A stretch of 64,000 nt of DNA, from assembly GCF_002571385.2 (NCBI RefSeq), contig NW_019218042.1:1-64000 (forward strand), written 5' to 3'. How positions within the stretch are numbered: the stretch's first letter is position 1; the number at the start of each line of letters is the position of its first letter. The notes under the pieces are model-generated. The model did no database searches, had not been told where the DNA came from, and worked only from the letters and a program-made list of their open reading frames with translations. A program made the translations under genes and the position numbers. Source of the DNA: Stylophora pistillata (Eukaryota). Shown piece after piece: positions 11,623-20,584 of the stretch.

Positions 11623-13194
11623 ATGGGCCAATGCTTCGTTCCCGACTGCAATCATCAGTCAGAAAGTCACAATTGCAGCTTTTACCGTTTCCCCAAAGAT
11701 CCTGCTCAAAGAAGAAAATGGATTTCTCTAATAAGGTAGGTTGATTTTTGGTACAATGACCACCATGATGCACGGCCACGTGTCGGTTATAGTTACGCGG
11801 AAGATGGTTTTATTTAACCACTCAAAAGTGCACTGACCTGTGGATTATACCTTTGAAAGACCTCTAGAGAGAAAAAAAGCTTTTTTTTACGTTATGATTA
11901 AAGTTTAAAACCTTCGTTTTCTCTCTCCAGACGAGCTGATCGTGAACCTGGCAAAGGCGCTCGAGTTTGTAGTTGTCATTTCCGAGGAAGTAAAGAAGAA
12001 GGCCCCGAGGTCTTTTCCTGGAATAAAGACAAACTATTTGAATCTCGAAATGCTCCAAAAAGGAAAAAGCAAAGAACTGAAGTCCCAGAGACAACGACTA
12101 TCGAGCAGATCCTTTCAGAATCTTCGACGAAGAGCAACCAGAACGAGCCTTGCGAGCTCAGTTGCGAGGAGATGCAAATGAAATGCACTACTTTGCAGAC
12201 TGAAAATATCCTGCTACAAGCAGAGCTAGGGACATTAAAGACCCAAGTATCCGAGTTGAAAGAAAAAGAAAGCTACTTAAAAAGAAACTACAGCTCTTTT
12301 AACATGGATTCAAAGGTAATCAACATGGAAACTGGCCTCCCAAACAAAGAAATGTTCCACATTGTTGTCGAATATGCCGAAAGATACCGCAACGATATTG
12401 TTTACGTGTGTGGCTGGAAAGTAGACAAGATATCTTTTGAAGATCAAATATTGATAACATTGATGAAGATTAGACATAATTATCATAACTTACATTTAGC
12501 TGAACTTTTTAGTTGCAGTACTGCTACAATAGCGAATATTGTGACAACATTTATCCATGTTTTGCACCAAATTCTATATGAAGATCAAATGGAGATAGCT
12601 GTTCCATCCAGACAAAAAAACAAAACTTCACTTCCAGGCTCATTTAGCTTATTTGGAGACTGTCGTATGGTAATAGATTGCACCGATATCGAGGTTGCTA
12701 CACCTAAGCTTATGAGTGACCAAAAATTGACATATTCAACGTACAGGGGTATGAATTCTTTTAAGACAATTGTTGGTGTGGCACCCAACGCGGTTATAAC
12801 TTATGTAAGTAAACTTTTCCCTGGCTCAGTATCAGATAAAGTAACGGTTCAAAAGTCAGGAATATTAAAGCATTTTGTTGCTGGGGATATTATACTTGCG
12901 GATAAAGGGTTTTTGATAAATGATATTGTTCCTAATGGTGTATATGTGAACATTCCCCCATTCTTGAACAATGGAAAATTTACAGAAAGTGAAGTTAAGT
13001 TAACAAAGAGCATTGCAAAATGTCGTATACACGTAGAACGTGCTAATGCTAGATTGAAGAACTATAAAATTTTAAATTTTGTGCCACCATACTTGCGATC
13101 CCTCTCTGGTAAGATTATACAGCTATGTGGTGCTTTAGTTAATTTACAAAACCCATTAATTAAGGAAACCAATGACACTGTTGACTTTGATTAG
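11623..13194 (+). CDS. THAP + HTH + DDE_Tnp_4 (Harbinger/ISL2-type) transposase, join(11623..11735,11931..13194)
   Basis: CFVPDC...YRFPKD...W|...RVCSCHF THAP across a GT-AG intron that keeps frame; IDCTDI, GSVSD, ILADKGF and RIHVERANARLK catalytic motifs. Confidence 0.9.
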
Positions 13195-13743
13195 TCATTT
13201 TAATTGAAATATTGATCATCTTACATCAGTTTACTAAGGCCTGGTATACATTGGCATTGTCTGATCATAGTTAATCAATTAACTGTATTCTGATACAAAG
13301 AGTGGACAGGTGTTGTGTGATCTGTGAAAAGCTTGTAACCCTATTTTACTTGCTCATGATACAAGGAATCATGATACACAACTTAATGACAAACTATTTA
13401 TTTCTGATCAGTATTCCTGCCACCACACCCTTATGCTAGTCTTATTATGAATTCAGATAACCAACTGTATTCAAATACGATTACAATGAATCTATCATTT
13501 TCTTGTCTCAAGTAGCTAATGTAAAAACCCCAGCAAATGTTGCTGTTTAAAGAAAAACAATTTTAAGATTAACATGAACATTTTTATTTTATATACACCC
13601 TTCAGTTACTGCATATTTGTTGTAAAAGTTGCAATGATTTTACCAAATAAAACAATATTTTAAAAAATATTTCTAAAAGTATGTATTATCAAATCCATTA
13701 CTTTATAAAAAACTACATTAATTTTACAACAAAGTCTTAAAAT

Positions 13744-15112
13744 TTAAAGACCACCATCAACAAGTGCAGGAATCATGTGAATTGTATAAAATTCTTGAAG
13801 TGAAAGAAGATTTGGTTCCCATGTGCAGTCTTTCTGGATTGCCAACACAACAGTTTGCATTGTTGTCCAAACCACAAAGTAACAGATTTGCTTCCCAGTT
13901 ATAAACAGCTGACCCTGGACTTGATGCCAGTAGTGGTGGGATTGTTTTAAACAATAGCCAGCATCTCTCTTTACTAAACAGAACTTAGGGTCTTTAACAG
14001 CCTCCTCAATTGTTGAATTGCGATGTGTGTAAGGGCATTTGACTTCAATGATCGCATTGTCATCAACAAGTCCATCTGGTGATGCACCCAAAACACCAGA
14101 CTTGTGTAGCCAAAGGCCACAATCCTTTACTACTTTCATTGTTAATTTGGTGAAGGCCTTTATTCCTTCTTTCTCGTTAACGACACCCCATCGAACAGCC
14201 TGCACTCGAGAGATGTCGTATTCTCCAAGAACACGCTTGATAAGGGAAGGAGTGACTCTTTTTGCTTCAAGAACTGGACCAAAATTGCTAGCAGTCAAAC
14301 GTCCTTTTCTCACCACATGCCACTCTCCACATTCACGTTGCTCTTTCGTGATCTCACAGACTGATTTCACTTGCTGCTCACTTACTTTCAATTTTTCCAA
14401 CAAGAAATTTGTATCAAGTCCGCTTTCAACAAACTCTCTCGATAAAATGATTTCTTCGACTGTGGAGATCGGCAGACGATTCTCTTTGTCAGGTTCGGGG
14501 CTCAAAAGCCATAACATTCCTGTGAACTCGCCGTATCTCTTCAGCTTGTTCCGTAGCCATTCTCTGTCCTCATCTGTAGTTTTTCGTTTTAGGACTTTAG
14601 TTTCTTTGGGTGGATACAGATCTTCTACCGTTTTAACCACCTCGGATGCCTTTTGTTTCTTCCACTGACATTCGATGTCAGTTCTACTTAAGTTGTGGTA
14701 GCCATGAAGGAACAGAGCTACAGCGTGACTACACTTTGAACCGCCACGAGGGCACTCGCATTCTGTGGAACGTATTTCGTTTTCTTGAAGATATATCTGC
14801 GAAGGAAAGAGAAAAAGAAATATAAGCTTACTTTTCAAGATTTCCTTTAAACGAAGATTCGAAATCACTTAATTTAAATAAGTTTTGGTTTGGCGATGTT
14901 AACGGATAGACATCGAGTAATAGAAATTTTACACTTACTGTGACTTTATACGTCGTACTTTTCATGCTCGCTTGCACTGACCCTCTGATAATTCCATCAC
15001 AATAGCAAAAAGATAGAACGTGTCCAGATTGGTAATGGTTTTCGCCACGGTTTAAAGATTTAGGCTCATCTGAGAAGTATTTTGCGAACGATGTTATCGA
15101 CAACGCCGCCAT
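13744..15112 (-). CDS. SWIM zinc finger + YqaJ (lambda exonuclease-like) nuclease, join(15112..14939,14796..13744)
   Basis: CECPRG..KCSH SWIM; RKGRLTASNFG, LGASPDG, EVKCP, YWHQVQGQL; canonical gtaagt...gcag intron. Confidence 0.9.
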
Positions 15113-15188
15113 GTTAAACACATGTGAGTTTGTTTAGATCCAGCAGAAATGCAACCATGGAAACGTGACGTCAGGGCTTCGGTACTCT

Positions 15189-15589
15189 ACACCGGTAGGG
15201 TTATAGTAAACACTTCCTCCACTTATCTTTTTACTCAAATCATTGGAAAAACTGTCAATGACCTGATTAACATATTTATCGGCCGTCTTTTTGAATTTAT
15301 TCTTTGCAAAATCCGATTTGACAGCTCTCGCAACGCCTTGTTGAGCCATGTTTGCCAATCCTTTCAATGCCATTTCACCCAAAGAATAGCTGTTTCCTAC
15401 ATCAAACAATGAACCGCCGTTCAATGACCCGCCGTTGTTTTTTTTCCCTGCGGCGAATGATACTTTTGTGATTTCACACTCTGCACATGTAGATTTGATC
15501 ATCGGTCGACCGTTTTTCGCAATCTCATGCCTCTCACTTCCAGGCACGGACTCAGTCTTTTTTCTCTGTTTAACGCAATAAGTTTTCAT
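15189..15589 (-). CDS. 5' half of PLA2X-like virion protein (N-terminal DUF5679-like zinc-ribbon region)
   Basis: MKTYCVKQRKKT...KNGRPMIKSTCAEC; several GG|S motifs; truncated by the transposon TIR. Confidence 0.8.
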
Positions 15590-15621
15590 TTTATAATGTG
15601 TAAACATTATAAAAAAATTTT

Positions 15622-16290
15622 TTAGTCTTTACATTCATCAGACTCTCGAATTTCTTCAACAAAATTTTTGCGACATGTTTTTTTCACATTGTCGATAAAA
15701 AGAAAGTCGAATGGTTTAAGTCTTGAGAACAAATCTGCATCAAAACTGTTATCATCTGCGATAATTTTGCGATGGCGCTTTTGTACAGGCGCATACACAA
15801 TCAAATGAGAGCAGTTTAATCTGATGGTTGCAGGAGTCCTGTAATAAGATTGACTCAGATAAATCGGTGAAATCAAATGATGTCTGCCGTCAATAAAGTG
15901 AGTCAAGATTTTTTCTTGCACGTTTTTAGGAGCAGCGAGATCATCAAAAATCACAACCTTTCTATTTCCTTCTGGATACTCAGACGTGTCAAGAATCTCA
16001 TCGGGGTTCATTATGTACATAATATCACATCCAAATTTCTGTGAGTGTCGTTGCATAATCTTTTGCAAATCTTGATACATCTCTTGATGTGGATTTTTTG
16101 TGTAAAGGTAAATCTGATCGTAAATAACCAACGGCTTTCTCAATATATTCATAAGTATGTTTGTCTTTCCACTTCCACTGGGACCCGCGATCAACATTCT
16201 ATACTCTTCATCAAGAAAGCCAACGCCGGGTACTCTTCTCTTTCGATTTTCGTTTGAACGGTGTGTTGTGAAATTTATAATATCAACCAT
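15622..16290 (-). CDS. A32/FtsK-family genome packaging ATPase
   Basis: Walker A GPSGSGKT, Walker B VVIFDD, GRH..S.IYLSQ, IRLN. Confidence 0.93.
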   Translation of the reverse strand: MVDIINFTTHRSNENRKRRVPGVGFLDEEYRMLIAGPSGSGKTNILMNILRKPLVIYDQIYLYTKNPHQEMYQDLQKIMQRHSQKFGCDIMYIMNPDEILDTSEYPEGNRKVVIFDDLAAPKNVQEKILTHFIDGRHHLISPIYLSQSYYRTPATIRLNCSHLIVYAPVQKRHRKIIADDNSFDADLFSRLKPFDFLFIDNVKKTCRKNFVEEIRESDECKD

Positions 16291-16326
16291 TTTGCTTTAA
16301 TTTATTTCTTGCAAATATTTTTTAAA

Positions 16327-16494
16327 ATCTTTGGAGATAAGTGTTATCTAATCAAATGTTATGCAAAAAGCGAAAGTAACACTTATCTTTGGAGTTAAGT
16401 GTTATCAATACAAAAGCGAAAGTGACACTTATCTTTGGAGATAAGTGTTATGAATGCAAAAAGCAAAAGTGACACTTATCTTTGGAGATAAGTG
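16327..16494. repeat. Tandem array of 4 palindromic units (first one partial), period ~47 bp
   Basis: Core acacttatct-ttgg-agataagtgt, with near-identical linkers (gcaaaaagcgaaagt-like). Confidence 0.9.
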
Positions 16495-17003
16495 CTGCAT
16501 ACGAAGTTACAAAAAAAATACGAAGTGTTTATTTTTTTTTCCCGACCCCTTTTTTAAATCGACAGAAAGGCTTAACTCTCAAATTGCGTGACACGAGACT
16601 TAGACACTTTGCGGTTTTATGCAAATTCACGAAAAAAAAATACAACACAACACAAAACAAAACAAAACTGGTGGCCACCAGACCTCTCAGAGGAACTTAT
16701 GTTGTTTTACTTTGTGCTGTTCCTCTGAGAGGTTTTATTTTGTTGTTTGATTTTTTGTTGTGTTTTTATTTTCAACCTTTATTTTGTCCTAGGCTTGACT
16801 CTGAACCGGCACTTCCGACGGCGACCGTAGTTTTACCCAACAAAGCGACACCATCTTTAGACAAAGGTTTATTTAATTTAGTCCTAGGTTATCACATCGC
16901 GGCACTTCTGACCTCAATCTGGCTCAAGGTGAGTTTCTACCTAACGAATGTAACACCATCTTTGAACTTTAATTTATTTGTTTAACCTTAACCCCATGAG
17001 TAG

Positions 17004-17729
17004 ATGGCGGGGAGGTTTTTTTCACCTACTCATGAATGGTTTAAGTCTTCGACCGGCGCTGTTGTTTATGAAAGACAGGGTGACAAAGGGATCGTTGATC
17101 TGTTGACAAAGAGATGTAATCCCAAAGGACAGTATTCGTCAAAGGCGATTCAAATATTCAAAGATTTGAACAAACTTGCAAATATTCCCATGCATAAATC
17201 GTCTGGAAAAGCAAAACTCCTCGAGAGAGTAATTGGAGGTGCCATTTTCTCTGATTTCAAAGATTTGAAAGACAGACTCATTAAATTGACAGGGAGTATC
17301 GATGCCGGGATATTTGACACTCTCAAAAATGTTGGAACAAAAATAGCCGCAAAAGTTACAGGAAAAGCTGCAAAGGAAATGGCTAAAAAAGCGGCAACAA
17401 AAGCGTTTGAAAAGGAGGCAGAGCAAATCGGTGAAAAGACGGGACAATTGATCGGTGAAAAGATTTATGATAAGTTTTCAAATCGAGGGGGTGATCCCTC
17501 AAAACACGAAGCTCCGCACAGCACAGCAAGCAAGGGGGAGCTCGAGGGGCTGCACTTTGTGCGGGTGGCCTCTCGAAATATTGGAGAACAGCTTGCAAAA
17601 GAATTACGGAAAGAATTGGGGAAAGATACTCGAGGAGTAAAGTCATCCTCACAAGGACCGCAAGGATCGAAAAATAAAAAAGTTAAAAAAGATAATCTCT
17701 TTGACGATTTTGATGAACTTTTTTTGTAA
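17004..17729 (+). CDS. Polinton basic core-like protein, possibly a chimera of two genes
   Basis: 241-aa ORF upstream of the capsid gene; K/A-rich amphipathic segment GIFDTLKNVGTKIAAKVTGKAAKEMAKK. Confidence 0.55.
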   Translation: MAGRFFSPTHEWFKSSTGAVVYERQGDKGIVDLLTKRCNPKGQYSSKAIQIFKDLNKLANIPMHKSSGKAKLLERVIGGAIFSDFKDLKDRLIKLTGSIDAGIFDTLKNVGTKIAAKVTGKAAKEMAKKAATKAFEKEAEQIGEKTGQLIGEKIYDKFSNRGGDPSKHEAPHSTASKGELEGLHFVRVASRNIGEQLAKELRKELGKDTRGVKSSSQGPQGSKNKKVKKDNLFDDFDELFL

Positions 17730-17777
17730 ACTTTTTTTTGTAAAAAAATTATCTTATCTTTTAAGAAAAATAATACA

Positions 17778-19121
17778 ATGTCTTCTATGCGAACAAAAAA
17801 ATTTGCAAAGGGATATGAATATTCTTCATATGATCTCGATACACCTCTCCAAACTGCTCCGGCAAATAACAATTATCAACAGAAGAAGGGGTATAAATTT
17901 ACCGTTGACACAAAAACAGCGCCAGAGGCCGTGGCCGATTGGTACAATGCATATTTTGAAATGGATTTCAAAATCACCAAGATGGACAACACCACCTATG
18001 GTGCAGCTGATGCAGCCGCAATAATCAATGGTGGTTTTAGTATGATAAAAGACATCAAAGTTGATTTTGAGAAGGTGAGAGTTCTTGATTTGCCAAGTGC
18101 AAATCATGCTGCGAATATGAAGAATCTCACTGAATTTTCAAAAGAACATTCGGATCAAGTGGGGCCTCCCCAATTTCACTATCTCGACACTGCCAGCGGG
18201 GCAATTATACAAAAGTATACAACACTTGCCATTCCAATCGCTGCTGGTCAAGATGTGAACAGAACACCAACAGACAATGCGGATTACAATGAAGGGTTTA
18301 CAAAAAGAAAGACTCTTCTCGCCGCAGGTGCTGAAAACAACATTCATTTGCCGCTAAACCGTTTCAGTTTCTTTGAGTCTTTGGAAGAGCAGATACCTCC
18401 CAATGCAAAGGTTACTTTCGATGTAACTCTTGAAGAGGATAATGAGGTGCTGTTCAGATCAAATGCGGCTGCGGCAGGCAGATACATCGTAACAAAATTC
18501 CGATTGTGGGTTCCGATGATCAACCTGAATGACGCAGGCCAAAAGTTCTATTATGATAGTTTTCTCAAACCTCACACATGGGGTTATCAGAGGGAGCAAA
18601 TCAGTGTTTCAGGTCCGCTTAGACAAAAAAATGGTAAATTCAACATCACAAGTGCTGTTGATAGACCAAGGCACGTCTTCGTTTGGGTTCTGAATGCATC
18701 CAAGTTTGACGATCAGGAACAAAACATGTTCGTTTTCAACACATACAACATTGCTAACGCGAGGTACTTTACAAAAGCACAACTTCGCGTTGAAAACGGA
18801 ACAAGGTATCCAGATCAGAAACTGGATCCTAGCAGTGAGCTGGCTAGAGCATGGAAATATTTTGCGAATTATTCAAAGCTCGCAAGTAACAACTTGTTCG
18901 GTCCAGCGATCACTATGAAACAGTTTCAAGATCTCTATGGAATACTGTACTTTGATCTGACAAAGCAGCCGCCAGAGATCATGAAAGCGGCAACACGTCT
19001 TGATTTCGAGTATAGCCTCAACAACACTACCAACGCAGATTATCACATCTATGCGTTGATTCTCAATGATGAGGAAATTAGTGTTGATGTAATGAGTGGA
19101 AAAGCACTCATCAGAAAGTAA
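17778..19121 (+). CDS. Major capsid protein (double jelly-roll, hexon-like)
   Basis: 447-aa beta-rich intact ORF with HLPL..FSFF, DRPRHVFVW and GTRYP motifs typical of Polinton MCPs; structural-module position. Confidence 0.8.
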   Translation: MSSMRTKKFAKGYEYSSYDLDTPLQTAPANNNYQQKKGYKFTVDTKTAPEAVADWYNAYFEMDFKITKMDNTTYGAADAAAIINGGFSMIKDIKVDFEKVRVLDLPSANHAANMKNLTEFSKEHSDQVGPPQFHYLDTASGAIIQKYTTLAIPIAAGQDVNRTPTDNADYNEGFTKRKTLLAAGAENNIHLPLNRFSFFESLEEQIPPNAKVTFDVTLEEDNEVLFRSNAAAAGRYIVTKFRLWVPMINLNDAGQKFYYDSFLKPHTWGYQREQISVSGPLRQKNGKFNITSAVDRPRHVFVWVLNASKFDDQEQNMFVFNTYNIANARYFTKAQLRVENGTRYPDQKLDPSSELARAWKYFANYSKLASNNLFGPAITMKQFQDLYGILYFDLTKQPPEIMKAATRLDFEYSLNNTTNADYHIYALILNDEEISVDVMSGKALIRK

Positions 19122-19187
19122 GTTTACTTTTACAAGGTTTACTTTTTTTTAAAAAATTTTTATTATGTGGTGTACATAATAAAAAAG

Positions 19188-20045
19188 ATGACGACTTACA
19201 TTACATATAGAGTATCACTGAGTGATAATCAGAAAAGAAAACTTGCAAAAGCTTTCAACGAAAAATCTGCAATAACTATACGTCTCTCACACAAAGAACT
19301 AACTGGTTCTGATGAGATGATGTTGACGCAGACACAGATCAAAAAGATCAAAAAAGCAATAAATGCAGGAAAGGGAGTTGATTTGAAAATCAGCAAGACG
19401 CAGATGACAAAGGTTGCTCAAAAAGGTGGTAGCCTATTTTCTTCACTTCTTGCTCTTGGTACAAAACTTCTTCCAAAAGCAATGAATCTGGCCACAAAGG
19501 CTCTTCCAGGATTGGCTACAGGTGCGCTCTCAAGTCTGGGCAATTTCGCCACAGATAAAATTCTCGGAGCCGGTCAACAGTCGGGTGGTCTTATAATTCC
19601 AAATTCAAATATTATGAAACTTTTACCGTATGTTGACGCTCTTTCAAAAAAGCAACAACAAGACCTTTCAAATGCACTTCACTCTGGTGGTGACATGAAA
19701 ATGAAGCCGACAAAAAGTCAGAGTGGAGGTTTTCTCGGAACTCTTCTCGCTTCAATAGGGGTACCGATACTTCTGAAGGCGTTGACCGGAAGCGGAAACT
19801 CGAGAGGAAAAGGTTTACACGGAAGTGGTTTACACGTTCGCGCACCAAAAAAGAGTGGTAAAGGTTTGCAAAACAGACCGTATTGGGATGAACAACCAAT
19901 TTTCTTCCCACCGGGATTGGGTGAACCTGTACCGACAATTGGAAGAGGTGGGAAAAAAAAGCAGAAAGGGCAAAAAGGACAAGGTCTGTTGCTGGGCAAA
20001 GACTCTCCCTTCAACGGAATACCGCTACTGGGGGCACTGTTGTAA
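19188..20045 (+). CDS. Virion core/membrane-active precursor with repeated GG / GxG protease-type sites
   Basis: QKGG|SLF, QSGG|LII, QSGG|FLG, LHGSG|L, GKG|L; basic N-terminus; lies between capsid and protease. Confidence 0.8.
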   Translation: MTTYITYRVSLSDNQKRKLAKAFNEKSAITIRLSHKELTGSDEMMLTQTQIKKIKKAINAGKGVDLKISKTQMTKVAQKGGSLFSSLLALGTKLLPKAMNLATKALPGLATGALSSLGNFATDKILGAGQQSGGLIIPNSNIMKLLPYVDALSKKQQQDLSNALHSGGDMKMKPTKSQSGGFLGTLLASIGVPILLKALTGSGNSRGKGLHGSGLHVRAPKKSGKGLQNRPYWDEQPIFFPPGLGEPVPTIGRGGKKKQKGQKGQGLLLGKDSPFNGIPLLGALL

Positions 20046-20095
20046 ATCCAGGGAGAGCTCGAGGGGGTTTACCCTCTCGAAGACCACCCTTAAAA

Positions 20096-20569
20096 AATGT
20101 TCCGATCACAAACCTCGACATTCAAGATTGGGTCGATTATCTCAAGATTCCAAACTTTGGAGGGGTAATATCCAGGGATCAAATAAAAGATTGCAAGACG
20201 GGGCACTCTTTCGTTATCAATCTGAACGAATCGCATGAGTCTGGTTCACACTGGGTGGCGATGGTTTTTGGTTCTGATCTCATTTTGTACTTTGACAGTT
20301 TCGGTCTTGATCCACCGCAAGAGGCGTTGACGCTTTGCAAAAAACATCGAGTTAACTATGCATTCAACAACATACATTATCAAGCATTGACAAGCGTCTT
20401 GTGTGGTTATTATTGTATCTTCTTCTTGAATGAAATCAGTAAAAGAATAAAACCTTCTCTTGCTAATCAAAGTTTGTACTCTATTTTCAACGATGTTGTA
20501 CGACCTTTGTCACACAGTAACGCAGTTTCAAACGAGCATTTTATTAAAAAATATTTTCTGAATATATAA
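20096..20569 (+). CDS. Adenain-like (Ulp1/C5) cysteine maturation protease; no in-frame ATG before the catalytic His
   Basis: NVPITNLDI...INLN...GSHWVA...YFDSFG...YQ....LCGYYC catalytic triad; frame open from 19925, first ATG at 20261. Confidence 0.92.
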   Translation, partial: NVPITNLDIQDWVDYLKIPNFGGVISRDQIKDCKTGHSFVINLNESHESGSHWVAMVFGSDLILYFDSFGLDPPQEALTLCKKHRVNYAFNNIHYQALTSVLCGYYCIFFLNEISKRIKPSLANQSLYSIFNDVVRPLSHSNAVSNEHFIKKYFLNI

Positions 20570-20584
20570 TAAACAAACAAAAAT

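Larger units (their letters stand above)
11532..15188. mobile_element. Apparently complete ISL2EU-type (PIF/Harbinger-related) DNA transposon nested in the Polinton
   Basis: ~57-bp imperfect TIRs (agagtgccgaag...gctggatctaaaca and tgtttagatccagc...cttcggtactct) enclosing convergent transposase and YqaJ genes. Confidence 0.9.

Noticed and set aside
16327-16494. CRISPR array
   Set aside because: Linkers are near-identical rather than unique spacers; no cas genes; eukaryotic context
16482-16985. 167-aa ORF as a real gene
   Set aside because: Non-ATG start; runs through hairpins and low-complexity sequence with no recognisable motif
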